From NCBI RefSeq assembly GCF_006345805.1, contig NC_043024.1, positions 13,206,001 to 13,270,000 on the forward strand: a stretch of 64,000 nt of DNA, in the 5' to 3' direction. The notes under the pieces were generated by a model. The model ran no database searches. It was not told the DNA's origin and worked only from the letters and a program-made list of their open reading frames with translations. Below are positions 12,640-27,030 of this stretch, in pieces (the stretch's first letter is position 1; every line of letters begins with the position of its first letter). Made by a program: the position numbers and the translations under genes. The DNA is from Octopus sinensis (taxonomy: Eukaryota).

Positions 12640-13860
12640 ATAACTAAATCTATTACTGTTTCAGTCTGACATTTCAGTGGAAGTCTTTGAGATGTCGCTC
12701 TTATCTAGAATAGATTCTCCAAGATTCAAAGCAGTGAAATGAGGTCTCAGGTGTTGGAGATTGTAACTTGGATATGCGCCGTTAAAATACTATTCTCCCA
12801 GACTCATTTCAAACTGACTGTTGCTGAGTTGGATGTTCCAACACATCTGTGGATCTGTCTCTAGAGAGAGAGGCTATCTGTGATGGTCAAACTGAAGTCT
12901 TGTCGGCTTCTCTTAAGGATGTCCATGTTGCACAACAGTTGATTCTCCAAGCGTGTTGCTTGCTTGTGCCGCAAAATCTGCAACAACATATCCCTCATAA
13001 ATACCATAACCTCAATCAAGGTATTCTAATCCGGTTTCTCCTTGATCTATTGATGTGTCAAAGGTTTTTTTTTCAGTATGATACAGCAAAGGAGACGGCA
13101 AGCAAAGTAGGACAATCATCGAAGCCCTGTTTTACTCTGTTCTGAATTTTAACGCATTCGTCATACGAGACATCAATTAAAGGACGGCTTTCATGACTGC
13201 GTGGAGTGAATCAACAATCCTGAGCAACCTCGGAGTGCGCTCAACAGTGGTGAGGATTTTGAACAGGGTGACTCTACTTAGTAGATCGAAGGCTTTCGTG
13301 AAGTCATCGAGAGCAATGCCCAGGAATTATCTATGTTTCTCTACATTTTTCCTATTGTTGTCAAAGAGGAAAGATCATTGTGGGGAGTTCTAACCACAAG
13401 CCACATCGAGGACGGAGATGCACACTGCAATTTTATCCAGTCCACTTAGGATGATATAATCAAAGCCTATGAAAGAGATTTCTTTGTAGTTCCTGTAATC
13501 ACTTTTATCTCTTCTGATATTGTGCAGAGCAACAATTATTGCAGTGTCTCACATCATCTGGTTCTGGAATAAAACTGAATCTTTAATCTATTATTTCATA
13601 TACATCACTGTAAAGTCATTTAGACGTTTGAAGAAGATTCGTTGAAAGAGAAGCATTGTTGGGCCGTGTTTAAGGTATCTGTTCGTTTTATGCCCTAACC
13701 TTTGATCTACTCATCATTGCTCACTTGAAAATACTTCGTTCATTTTGAAGGGAAATAACATGTTAAAGGCTTTCACAGAACTTCCAAGAACAGTGTGTAT
13801 GGTGACAATGTCATTCCCTAACAACTCAAAGTAAGATAGCTTGTAAACATGGTTATAAAG
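12640..13860 (-). pseudogene. decayed RTE-clade LINE reverse transcriptase fragment
   Basis: Minus-strand peptides across stops and frameshifts: RRDKSDYRNYKEIS, TMIFPL*QQ*EKCRE, DDFTKAFDLLSRVTLFKIL, RVKQG, RQDFSLTI, ESWRIYSR*ERHLKDFH. These follow the order of RTE RT motifs (KGDRSDCNNYRGIS, DMIFxLRQLQEKCRE, DLTKAFD, GVKQG, FGLTIS, ETWTxY). Confidence 0.85.
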
Positions 13861-14566
13861 GGGATTGCAGAAAGATGATATACGGGGGAAAAGGAATTTG
13901 GCAAATGGTTGTATCTAGGGTTGTGTGATTGGTGATACATAAAATATGAATGACGGAAAGAAGGAAGACGCATCAGTCAGATGATGCTGTATAGCGTCAG
14001 CACAAATGCAATGAAATTATAATGTTGATCTCGAGGGTGTTAATTAAAGGAGTAACTAAACCTAACAAACTAATTAGCGACTCTTGCGATACTGTCAATT
14101 ACAATTTCGTACACTTCTCATCAAATGTACTACGACCATTTTTGCTCGGACTTTCATTTAGAGAATGGACATTTCATTATAGATTCTAACCGTATTTTGA
14201 TGATCTTTGTATGAAAAGTAGACGTGGAAGTTGGGAAATTCGACAGATATTTCCATAATTTCGAATCTTCCAATAAAATTTCTATCGTTTATTGTTGTTG
14301 TCATCGTCATCGTTGTCTAAACCCGACGTATTCAAGAAAGAACATACGGGTATCTCCCGATAAAACAAATCCAACCATTGACTACATTATATTTTGTCTT
14401 GCTTTTGATTCTCAGAGTTTATATCCTTCTACGTAAACAGTTTGCTCATTATTTAACATCGTAGCGTGTGATTTAAAGTAGAAATCATTTCTATTTCTAA
14501 TGCATCCAAACCTGCGATTTAGGAGGCTGCACCGTCCCATAGCTTTTTACTTCTGAGATAGCATAT

Positions 14567-14763
14567 ACTCTTTTACTCTTTTACTTGTTTCAGTTATTTG
14601 ACTGTGGCCATGCTAGAGCACAGCCTTTAGTCGAGCAAATCAACCCCAGGACTTATTCTTTGTAAGCCTAGTACTTATTCTATCGGTATCTTTTTGCCGA
14701 ACTGCTAAGTTACGGTGGCGTAAACACACCAGCATCGGTTGTGAAGCGATGTTGGGGGGACAA

Positions 14764-14831
<68 letters not shown>

Positions 14832-14993
14832 CGGGATTCTTTCGGTTTCCGTCCTACCAAATTCACTCACAAGGCTTTGGTCGGCCCGAGGCTATAGTAG
14901 AAGACACCTGCCCAAGGTGCCACGTAGCGGGACTGAACCCAGAACCATGTGATTCGTAAGCAAGCTACTTACCACACAGCCACTCCCACACCT
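14567..14993 (-). mobile_element. SINE family B, near full length
   Basis: Head, CCTTGGGCAG core, internal microsatellite and (AAAAGAGT)n tail are all present. Confidence 0.9.
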
Positions 14994-15024
14994 ATGTTTT
15001 GTTTCTTTATATCTTTATTTCATA

Positions 15025-15058
<34 letters not shown>

Positions 15059-15655
15059 GAATTAAAATTCCATTTAGTTATGTAATCCAAGAATACGAAT
15101 TTAAGAACTCAATGCTACTTAAAGAACTGTTGCAAAAAGAAAAGAAAAAAGATGACGGAAATAATGTAATTTCTATTTAATTGATGAATATTCAAAATAA
15201 AATTTTGTCCACGGCAAGATTATTATTAAATATTTAAAGAGATGCTAGCATTAATAGGAAATTCCATTTAAGAGAATGGTCGTTTCCTCATTTCATCAGT
15301 TCCATTGCAAATGTAAGGAATTATAATGACAAATGACTTTTCGAATACTCGATAATACTGTAAATAGCATTGCTGGATTAAAGAGTGTGTGTGTGTAAAG
15401 AGAGAGAGAGTTGCGGTTCTAAGACGACACCGTTTATTGATGCGAATAATTCGAAGACTCTCGTAGATTAAGACAACTGATATTTAGAAATAATAATTAG
15501 ATTCAGCCAGAGACAAAAAAAATAAAAAAAAGAAGGAAAAAAACGACAAAAAATTAGAAAAGAATTCATAGAGTGAAAATTTCATCACGAAAATTCTTGA
15601 ATAATTTAAAACGTTATTTGGAAAAACTGATTGTTGAGGAGCCGATGCATACAAA

Positions 15656-15698
<43 letters not shown>

Positions 15699-15859
15699 TT
15701 TCTCTCTCTCTCTTCCCTCCTCTCTCTCTTTTTTTCTCCTCTCTTTCTCTCCCGTGCTATCGTTGCATAATGGAATCGATTATTGCCGTTTGTTTAGAGA
15801 TCCGATTACTTTTGGTAATTACAATGTCACTATCCTCATATTCTTCATTGTCATCGTGC

Positions 15860-16140
15860 TGACGTCGTGCTCATCATCGAAATCATCATCATCATCATAA
15901 TAATAATCATCGTCATCATCGTCATCATCATCATCAACACCATCATCATCATCATCATCCTCACCATCATCATCACCATCATCATCATAATAATCGTCAT
16001 CATCATCATCATCATCATCATAACCATCATTTTTTTTTTGTCATCGTAAGCAGTACCACCACCACATCGCCACCTTGAAAACTAAGATGATGATCGTCAT
16101 AGCCATCATCGTCATCATCGCCATCATCGTCGCCATCCTG
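15860..16140. repeat. (ATC)n microsatellite
   Basis: Direct inspection. Confidence 0.9.
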
Positions 16141-18504
16141 TTTTATATTATTATTATCGATATCATAATAACATGTTTATTAACACTATCATGGATGTCA
16201 CATTTATCATTTTCGCCAATTTCCCAAATTCACTCTTTTCCTCCTTTCCTTCATCCGTCCACCCATCCACCCGTCCATCCACCCGTCCATCTAACCCTGT
16301 ATCTATGAAATCATTTACGCATATATCCGACCCTCATCCACCTTATTAACCGAATTCACATCTCTTCATCCATCCCCCTTTCCTATCTCCCTCCCTCTGT
16401 CGCTTCCCATTCCCTTTCTCCATCCTTCCGTCACTATATTTCTCCCCTTCATCCTTTTTTCGCACCTTTCCCCTCTCCATCAATCAGTCATCCCTCATCC
16501 GCGCATCCCTCTTCCCCTCTCCCACCAACCACCCACCCATCCATTTATTCACCAAATATGTCAGGTGCAAACGATTAGGTACATGCGCATTGGTTTTGTA
16601 CAGGAAAGAATATTTCTCTTTTGTTTTTTTTTTTTTTATCATTTTAGCTTCTCCCAGTTTCACCCTTAATCAGTTATTTTACTTTCTACCCTACTTCTTT
16701 TCCAACAAAAAAATTAAGGGCACCATGACTACAGGAAATTTTCAATTTATCACCAGAAAGTAACGGTCAACATTAATTAGTATTCCTACGGTGCCGCCAT
16801 CATTCGTTACTGCTGTAAATCACATCACTTCGAGCCAACAAGGGTTCAGTCACGTAGTCGTTTGACCTTCCAGAAAGAGAAGCAATAATCTCACTCAAAT
16901 TACCTTCTATTGATTTAAAATATGAGGAAATAACCGAATCGGTTTACTTGTACCCGGTTATAGAAAATAAACGATAAAAGAATAATTGAGAAAATTTGAA
17001 ATATCTTTTGTGTTAAGTCTCTTCCAATTTGAGTTTTTGAGCATGCAAGCACGATTCAGAGCAGGCAACCATATTTGACTTATAATCCTGGGAGACATAA
17101 AAGCAGACGATCAAATTGTTTTGCGTTGGCTACTGGAAACAATGACTTTCTTTTACGTGCCAATTGGCAAGCATGAAAGAGAAAACCATTTGGCTACCCA
17201 CATGGGGATCTCCAAGAATATAGACACGTGGAGTCGCACTCGTTAAAGCCTGCACGCACGATCAAAAGGTTAAAAAGAGAGGGCATAATGGAAAATATAT
17301 TCCTAGATGCATAAAGTCCGAAAGAATGTGTGATGTTCTCAGCTAGAAAACATGGTGGCTGAAAACTAGAAGGGAGATAATCACAAATGTTCCGCCCGAA
17401 GGGTCAATAGTCTTTTAGGATATCTGGTTTGCATGATTCCTTATGTGTTCGGGTAAATCACAGACGTAGGGCTTCTCATGTAGGTTGGATATCCTTCCGC
17501 ATCGAACCCCCATTGTATTTGCATATAGATTACACTGTAAATAACAAGGGTAACGAAACTGGCGATGAATGGCGAGCGTCTGTGAACGATATAGCTCAAG
17601 GTGTGACGTTTTTCAGTAGCGGAGCCATTACATAACAGAAGATAAAGCTAAACTAGCGACACCATGTGATGATGCCATTGTATATCAACTCTGAGAAATT
17701 TCCCATTGTATGTCTTTCATTCATTCACTCTCTCTCTCTTCTGTCGCTCGATCAAACCATCGTTCATTGTAACTCTTTCCCACGTTCTCCCGTTATCTTG
17801 AAAACTTTCGCTATTCAATTAGTGAGATGAATAGTGGATATACACAATTATTTTGAAAGAAAACAATGAAGTGTATATCTTTTGATAACGTTCTTTTTCT
17901 AAAGTATTCGAGACATGAGATGGTGTGAAATGCGCACAGTTAGCATTGAAGGAACGGCTTAAGGAGTGGAGAACGGAGGGAAGTAAAGTCTTTGTTATCG
18001 ACTTATCATCTTTCGTACCATGAGAGATGTTATCGGTTATTTTAAAATTTACTCGAGGAAATAAACAAATTTCATCTATGGAAGAATATCGCAGACATAA
18101 TGTTTCCGAATTATACTGCGGTTATATGACTGCATTTGTATAAATTTAACAAAGCTTAATAAGGTGTTATTTACAAACCAGAGACAAGTGCGTTTCACTG
18201 GATAAAAGCTGATGGCGTAAGAAAAGATTCGATTCACTGGCGTCAACACCATTTTGATAATCGCCAGTGTTACGTGATCTAACGTATCGTTTTCTTTTTC
18301 TCCATTGAGGACGGTTACCCTCGAGGATAAAAAAAGAACGGTACTTCACCGATTTCGACGACAAGTGTTGCAGATCATCCAACGAACGAAACAGCCTGCT
18401 AGTGAAATTAACGTGCAAGTGGCTGAGAACTCTACAGACACACGTGTCCTTAACGTGGTTCTTAGGGAAATTCAGCGAGATATAGTGAGATAAGGATGGC
18501 CCTT

Positions 18505-18650
18505 TGAAATACAGGTACAACTTATTTTTGCCACCAGAGTAAACAGGATCAGCGAGAAGCGACTTGCTCAAGAATACAAAGCGCTTCTGGGTATCGAACT
18601 CAGGAGCTGACGATAGTTAGCCGAACACCCCTAAGCACTAAGCCACGCGA
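18505..18650 (-). mobile_element. tRNA-derived SINE, family C fragment
   Basis: Minus strand: TGGCTTAGTG (box A-like), GAGTTCGATACC (box B-like), then TTCTTGAGCAAG. Confidence 0.6.
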
Positions 18651-19334
18651 TCATTTCATAGATAACTGATTGATATTTCGACAGGTATGAACTACCATAA
18701 AGTGGTTCGCTTTCTTGTATCAAAAGCGAAAGTTAGAGAGTTGACGGCTTTTGTTGCTTCCGGTGTGGCTTTATGTGTTCTTCATATGAAGACGACGCAG
18801 AAAACGTATTCAGAAATGTGTTACGCAAAACTTTCGCGAATTTCTTAGAATTCTAAAGCGTATAAAACATAAATTAAGAGCAATATTTTTCAGAAAGATC
18901 AAAAATTGATTTTTAATCGACGAAATAGAAAGAAAAAAAAAAAAAAGTGGGGAGGACATGAAAATTCATAAAATTATTTTTGTAAATACTTATTGCCAGA
19001 AAGATAAAATTACGTACTCTACATCACCTACGCATAGAGTACAAGATGGAAAGTTAGCAAGTTTCAATTTTGAATGGCAGAGACTGGAAAATATTTCTCC
19101 AGAAAGAAAGATTATGGTGAAGAAAAAATAAATAAATAACATAAAACAAACAAAAGAAAAAAGTTAGTTTCCGCTTCGAAGGAAACGCCAGCAGAAATAC
19201 AGGAATCAGATATTGATAGCGATGGTCGTCCTACCACCCCGCCCCCCCCCCCGACATCCTACATCAGAAAGAAAACAGAAGAAATGCGATAGGTAACGGC
19301 TTGGAACTCTGTGCTTTTGAATATGTGGGTACAC

Positions 19335-19384
<50 letters not shown>

Positions 19385-19839
19385 GTGTGTGTTTACGTAA
19401 GTATACATGTAACTACGATGCATGGTTGGAAGATGTTGGTTGGAAGGGATGGAGTCTGGCAGGGAGGCCTGTGTATGTGGATGCGAGTAGGAATTCAAGA
19501 GAAGAGTGTACGTATATATATACATACACACACACACACATATATATACATACATACTTCCATCGATACATACATAGTACTTGCATATGCGTTATATCAT
19601 AATTCACCCCCTCCACACACTCATAAACATATATATTTACACATATATAAAGATATAGTATTAATTTATGTATATGTGTTGCTATATATAAGTATATGCA
19701 CGTGCACACAAATACACATACATACATATTCATATACATGTGTATACATATATCTGTGTGTGTATATATATATATATATATATACCTGTGTGTGTGAATA
19801 TATATATATATATACCTGTGTGTGTGAATATATATACAT

Positions 19840-19870
<31 letters not shown>

Positions 19871-20519
19871 TTTTATAATTTCTATGTATGTATATATAAT
19901 ACTTCATACAAAATATTCATAAGCAAAGTGAAGCATATATATATATATATAATATATATATATATAAACAAAACAAAGGAAAATATATCTTTCAAAATCA
20001 TTTCGCTATGAGAATATTTCGTCAGCGTACATAATTTTCAGTAATTTGGTCAACCAGGTAAAAATTGAAGGAAAAACACTGGAATGATTGTGCATACACG
20101 CACGTACTCTCGCCCTCTCTTTCACACACACACACACACACACATATATATACACACATATATATATAGATAGATATGCGTATGTATATAATTATCTTTT
20201 TACTCCAATTCTCTCGGTTTTCTTTGATCTCGATACATATATATACACCTACCCGTTTCTCCCACCGATACCCCGCCACGTATGTACACCGACGTAGCGA
20301 AAAGTGTTGGTACATTTCTCTCCGCTTCTCTTTATGCATATATATGTAAGTATTGTTATCAAGGTACGCAGGCATTCAACACCTATTTACTCAGCCTTCC
20401 ATTGGCATTTCACCAGACCAACTGCACAATGATTGAACGTTCAAGGAAACGGATGTCATTATTTGTTATTTTCCATTTAGTCCACCTGCAGAGTTACAAA
20501 ACCGAAACACTCATTACAT

Positions 20520-20930
20520 GTGTATATTTACTTATAAACATTTATCTATCCATATCTTTTTCTATCTATTTATCATTCTATTTACCTATCTATCTACCTG
20601 TCTATCTATCTACCTATCTCCCTATCTATCTATCTTCCTATCTATGCATCTATCTATCTATTTATCATCTCTCTACCTATCTACCTGTCTATCTATTTAT
20701 CATTCTATCTACGTATCTAACTACCTACCTACCTATCTATCTATTTATCATTCTATCTACGTATCTAACTACCTACCTACCTATCTATCTATCTATCTAT
20801 CTAACCATTTATCTATCAGTCTGTCTATCTGACTGTCTGTCAATTTGTCTATCTATCATCTACCTCTTTGTCTGTCTATTTATCTATCTATCTATTTAAC
20901 TCTCTATCTATCCATCCATTGATCAACCTA
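20520..20930. repeat. degenerate (CTAT)n tract with an internal duplication of about 50 bp
   Basis: TTATCATTCTATCTACGTATCTAACTACCTACCTACCTATC occurs twice, near 20695 and 20745. Confidence 0.9.
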
Positions 20931-23109
20931 CCTACAAACACACACACACCCATACATACGTAAGCCTCACGGCTTAAAAGTGCTCTCATGCTGTATTTAA
21001 AATCGTGCGAAACAGATTTCATTTAACCAGATGCTCATCATAACACCGCCTCAGGAGATACTTCCGCATTGGCTAATGCACCACAACCAAATGTAAGGTA
21101 TCCCACCCACGATAGATCTAAGCGGAATGAGTCAAAGCGATCGTTGTCGGCAATAAAGTTCCTCGTATATTCCAATTTCCCGCTCTATCATTTGTTCATA
21201 TATATATATATATGTATAATATGATGTAATATAATAATATTAATTATATATATATGCATATATACATACGTATATGTACATGCATGTATACGTATATATA
21301 TATATATAATATGATGTAATATAATAATATTAATTATATATATGCATATATACATACGTATATGTACATGCAACTATACGTATATATATATATATAGTAC
21401 TAATATAGGATGAAGTTTTTTTAAAGAAAAAAAATTCCATCAAAAATGTGGCAGCATATTAAAATACCTTTACGGGTAAATTATAAACAACTTGTAAATA
21501 AGGGCTAAAGAAAATTATTTCAATGCTAATATGCTGATAACAGACTTTTAAATCGTCAATTTCCACATATTAATATGTGGAAATTGACGATTTAAAAGTC
21601 TGTTATCAGCATATTGGCATTGAAATACTTTTCTTTAGCCCTTATGTATATATATATATATATCTATATGTGCATGTGTGGGCACAGGACGTCACAAAAC
21701 GTATACAACAAAAAAGTACGAGGCATGAGTACATGGAACATAAATTACTCTTTCGGACAACGAAAGACGCAGATTGAAAACTAAAGAAACAAGCAAGCAA
21801 GCAAGCAAGCAAGCAAGTGTGTGTGTGTGTGTGTGTGTGTGCGTGTGCGTGTGTGTGTGTGTGATGAAACGTTTCTGTGGGTATGTATGAATGTATGTGT
21901 ATGCGTAAAGCTAGATGCTAGGAAGAGTGAGAGTGAAAGTCAAGAGGGAAGGATCTCACCTGTCCTCAAGAAAGACATTTTGGCAAACTAACGTAATCAT
22001 AGAATCGGGGAAGAATATATCAGGAATTAGGAATAAAAACACCTCTTTTTCTCTATCTCTCTCTCTCTCTCTCTCTCCACCCACACGCACTCACACACAC
22101 TGACATACAGGTGTGCATTTGGGCGAGTACATGTCAGGTAAATATACATATAATTTTATACAACAGTGTTTATACCTGTGTGTGTGTGTGTATATATGTA
22201 CAGGTAAATGTATATGCATACACAGAGACACACTGACACATATATATAAAACTTGCTCCTGTATAAGATGTAACCTGGTAATAATAGCATTCCTTTCTCT
22301 TGCACTCATCATCATCATCATCATTATTATCATCATCGTCGTCGTCGTCGTTATTATTGTTGCTAATAATACAATAATTATTAACGTAATTTTTTTTTAT
22401 TGTCGTCGTCGTCATCATCATCAACACCATCATCCATCTTCCTCGTTATTTTTTTCTTTCTCCTGTTTTTTTTTGTCTTCCTCAGCACGTAAGAGCTTTC
22501 CATAATGCCAGGATCTTTGGCTCCAGGTGTTCTCCATTTTCTTTGATGCCTCTCCACCCCTTGAGGCACCAACGCTCAGCATTTATATCTGTCATCAAAC
22601 ATCTTTTTTTTTCATGCTTCCTCAGTCTTCTTTCTCTTTCCTTCTCCTCATCCTCCTCCTCTTCCTCTTCCTTTACTCCTACTTCCACTCGGCACTACAT
22701 TACTGTTGAACTCTCACACACAAACCTCTTACAATCTTAATAGTCACAATATCACAACGATGAACTTGTTACTGCTGCCGATGGTGTCGGAATCGGTTGG
22801 CGGTAATGATAATGATGATGATAATGAGCAATAAATTGATGCTGCTGAATGTGATTGTTGTTGTTGTTGTTCTTGATATTCTTCTTCTTATCCTCAAAAT
22901 CATTATCGCCATCATCATAGTCGTCGTCATCATCATTACTATTATTATTTTTAGTTTTACTTAGAATTTATACAAGTTGCACCCACGTCTCACCCAGAGA
23001 CCCCAAAAGGTGCAACAGTGTTTTGCATGTAAAAATATTAACAAGAAGGGTGCTATGCAGTTAAAAATCTCAAGTCTTTGCCAGTAAAAGCAAAACAGGG
23101 TAATGTTGC

Positions 23110-23440
23110 ATTAGCAATAATAATAATAAAGAATATTATTATTATTATTATTATTATTATATTTATTGTTATTATTATTATTATTATGTTTATTGTTATC
23201 GATATCATTATTATTATGTTTATTGTTATCGATATCATTATTATATTTATTGTTATCGATATCATTATTATGTTTATTGTTATCAATATCAGTATTATGT
23301 TTATTGTTATCAATATCATTATTATGTTTATTGTTATCAATATCATTATGTTTATTGTTATCAATATATTATTATGTTTATTGTTATCAATATCATTATT
23401 ATGTTTATTGTTATCAATATTATTATTATTATTATTATTA
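23110..23440. repeat. about 27-bp minisatellite (ATTATTATGTTTATTGTTATCAATATC, about 10 copies) grown inside (ATT)n
   Basis: Direct inspection. Confidence 0.9.
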
Positions 23441-23443
23441 TTC

Positions 23444-23770
23444 TAAGGCAGTGAGTTTGCAGATTCATTTGCACGCAGGAAAAAATGATTACTGGAATTT
23501 CGTCCGTCTTTACGTTCTGAGTTCAAATTTTGACGAGGTCGACTTTGCCTTGCATCCTTTCGGAGTAGATAAAATAAGTACCAGTAAAACACTGGGGTAG
23601 ATGTAATCAACTCATCCCCTCCCTCCAAAGTGCTACCGTTGTGGCAAAATTTGACACTATTTTTAAGGCGGTGAGCTGGCAGATTCGTTAGCAGTCAGGG
23701 AAAAATGCCGACCGGAATTACGTCCGTCGTCTTTACGTTTTCAGTTGCCATTTATCTTTCGGAGTCGAGA
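23444..23770 (+). mobile_element. two tandem SINE family A copies (second partial)
   Basis: Heads AAGGCAGTGAG at 23444 and AAGGCGGTGAGCTGGCAG at about 23665. Confidence 0.75.
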
Positions 23771-24169
23771 AAACACATTGTCAGTCAAGAGGTGAGGCCG
23801 AAAATATTCGACAAACCCCTTTCCCCCAAATTCCAGGTAGTATTGTGCATGTAGTAGAAGTGACTATTAATATTATTATGAGAGTGGTTGGAAGGTGGTG
23901 ATGATGATGACGACGACGACGATGAGGAGGAAGAGGAGGAAGGGGATGTTGATGACGATGAAAATTACAATGATGACCCATATCGCCGTCATCGTTGTCA
24001 TCGTCGTTATTGTCACGAAGTTCTTGAGTTAAACGGAAATCCTGACGTCTATTTTCGATGTGATAAATATATCTTGTTTCACGCGCACCATTCCATTTCG
24101 TATCGTTGCAAAAATACTGCTTTCTTATATTTGCACAAACCCAACAATTTTGAGGACGCAAATCTGTTT

Positions 24170-24310
24170 CAGTACTTGGTACGTTATTTTATCGAACACT
24201 AAATAACGAAAGGCAAAGTTAACCTTGGAAAGAATTTGAGCTTAGAATGGAAAAATGGAAGGAATGCCACTAAACATTGAATCCGGTGCGTTAAAGATTC
24301 TGCCAACTCG
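24170..24310 (-). mobile_element. SINE family A, diverged fragment
   Basis: GAAAGGCAAAGTTAACCTTGG..GAATTTGAGCTTAGAA..GATTCTGCCAACTCG. Confidence 0.6.
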
Positions 24311-25012
24311 TGACAAAGAACATAACGTATGAAACAAACGGGTTTTCACTACCAAGTCCCCAAAAACCGCCGGACGTTAAATGCAGTACGACCCTCGACA
24401 CTGGAAACACATTCTCTCTCTCTCAAAAAAAAAAAAAAAGAGCTATGATACAACACACGGACAGACTAACAGACAGACAGTGGAAGAACTTGGCCTGTAG
24501 TTGTCAGGTTCCACATCTGATGCAAACAGGATGAAAGGAATCGAAATAAACCAATCAAGTGGAAGATTGTAAGTAACATAGTTCGGTGAGTCGCACTTTC
24601 CAAGTCAGGTTGCTGCTGCCGATGCTACCGCTGCTGCTCCGACTGCTGGTTTTGCTTTTACTGGATGTTGTTTTTGTATACCTTGCAATTTTTGTTTGTT
24701 TTTGATGTCGTTTTTTCTTGGGTGTTGAGTGTTGCTTTTATTTTTTGATAGAAATTGTCGATATTGTTCTTGTTGTTATTGTCTGTTTTATTTAGTTCTT
24801 TGTTTATTGCTGTAGCTGTCCCCGTTGATCTTGTTTATGTTGTTCTCATTGTTGCTGCTGTTGTTATTGTGTTTTGTATTTTGTTGTTGCTGTTGTTATA
24901 TCAGAGGATATGGTTGAGAAAACATTTATTGTGAAACGCGCAGCGGGTTGGGGCGTGGGGGTGGGGTTCGGTTTAAAGGAAGAAAGGAATTTTTCAATAT
25001 TATCTTTAAAAA

Positions 25013-25029
<17 letters not shown>

Positions 25030-25044
<15 letters not shown>

Positions 25045-26690
25045 TGATGGCAACAGAGAAAGCGAAGGAGGGAGCAAATGAAAAGAAGTAGAGCTCGAGA
25101 GAGAGAGAGAGAGGACAAAGAGAGAGAGAGAAGGAAAAAAAGGGAAGGACAAAGAGAGAGAGAGAGAGGGAAAGAAGGACAAAGAGAGAGAGAAAGAGAA
25201 AGAAGGACAAAGAGAGAGTGAGAGAGAGAGGAGAGAAATTTGAGAGGGATGAAATGAGAGATATAAAAGTATGAAGGAGAAAGAAAAATTGAGGTGGGAT
25301 AGAAGGAGTGGGTGGGGTGGGGAGAAAAAAAGATTTTATTAAAGGATAAAACTGAAATTAATTTCGTAAGTGAACCGAACGAAACCCCAAATGAACCAAA
25401 ACGAACTGAAAGAAATAATATAAAGAGAATTAGAAGGAAGTAGGGGAGAAGGAGAAAGAGAAAGAAAATGCAAAGGAAGAAGGCGAGGAAAAGGAGCAAT
25501 GGAGGGAGGTAGAGAAAAGTGAGAAGAAAAATGAAAGAAAAATAAATAAGATTGAAATAAATTGTGACTGAAGGTAAATGAAATAAAAGGGGAAATAGCA
25601 ATGAAAGAGAAAGGAAGAAAAAAGCAATAGAAAAAAAGAGTATACAAAAGTCGGAATGAAGTATATAAAAGAAGAACAAGAAGGAAGGAAATGTGGGAAA
25701 GAGTTTTAATGAAGATTGACAAAGAAAGGTAAATATAGAATGGAAGGAATGAAAGAAGAGAAAAAGGAGGAAATGAAGAAGATATGAAGTTAGAATGAAG
25801 AGAAGTGGATAAAAGAGACTGAAGAAAGAGAAAGGGCAGAATGAAATGAGAGAAAAATAGAATAAGTACCGGGAAGAAGGGAGAAAACATTCAAAGGAAG
25901 GAGAGAAAAATGACAAAAAAAATTGAAATAAGCTGAGAATGAATAATGAAATTAATGAAGAAGACGAAGCGGAGAAATAAAGGAAGGCGGGGGTGGAGGG
26001 GGAGTGAAAAGAAAGAAGGAAATTTAAAAAGACGGAAAAATATAAAGGATAGAAGAAGAAGTAAAAGAAGGAATGAAGAAAAAATATATGGCAAAAGATT
26101 GTGAAAAATGTAGAGAAGATGGCGCCATAAAAATTGGAAGAAAAAGGATTCGAAGAAGAAAGAATTGCAATGAAGTGAGGAGAAGTCAAAATGGCGAGTG
26201 TCTTTGAGACTTGAAATAAGAAGCGCAACGTTTAAAAATATAATTCTTGGTTTATTTTTTTAAAGAAGATAAATATAAAAAGGAAAATATGGGTTTTTTT
26301 TTTCAAGAACGAAATCAAAAGAGAAAAAAAAAGAACTAAAAGCAAATAACAAGAGACGTTTGAGGATTTCTGTTCAAATGAAAAGGAAAAGAAAAAATTA
26401 GAAATAAATGGAGAAATAAATAAATAAATAAATAAATAAATGGGTGAAAAACATGGAAAATGGGACGACGACAATGGCAAGAAGAAGAATATCAGAGAGC
26501 TAAGACCAGAAACAGCTGAAGAAGAAAAAGAAGAAGAAGAAGAAGAAGAAGAAGAAGAAGGAAGAGAGGAAAAAGAAGAAGGAGAAGAAGAAGAAAAAGA
26601 AAAAAACAGAAGAAGAAGGAGAGGAAAAAGAAGAAGAAGAAAGAGAAGAAGAAGAAGTGGGGGATAGAACATCAATGAAAAACGATAAGA
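25030..26690. repeat. polypurine (GA-rich) tract of about 1.7 kb
   Basis: The plus strand is overwhelmingly A/G, with (GA)n, (GAA)n and AAGGACAAAGAGAGAG units. Confidence 0.9.
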
Positions 26691-26714
26691 AAAGACGCTC
26701 GCTCCGAAAAGTGT

Positions 26715-26820
26715 TTTGCAATGGCGAATGCGGTTAAGAGGCTTGCTTTGCAATCACGAGGTTACAGGTTCAATCCCATTGGGCGGAATGTGGAGGCCGG
26801 AAACTGAAAGAAGCTCGTAA
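26715..26820 (+). mobile_element. SINE family B head, internally deleted
   Basis: TGGCGAATGCGG, GGTTCAATCCC, then GGAAACTGAAAGAAGCTCGT leading into a microsatellite. Confidence 0.6.
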
Positions 26821-26829
26821 TATACACAG

Positions 26830-26839
26830 GCACACACAC

Positions 26840-26882
<43 letters not shown>

Positions 26883-26973
26883 TGTATATACATATACATA
26901 TGTATCTGTATAATATATATATATATATATAGATATATATATATATATATGTTTGTATATACATATATATGTA

Positions 26974-27030
<57 letters not shown>

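Noticed and set aside
18167-18571. 134-aa ORF as a gene
   Set aside because: It starts inside a SINE fragment and has no recognisable motif.
24864-26228. 454-aa ORF as a membrane protein
   Set aside because: The F/L/S composition is the direct result of reading the pyrimidine strand of a polypurine tract, which lacks stop codons.
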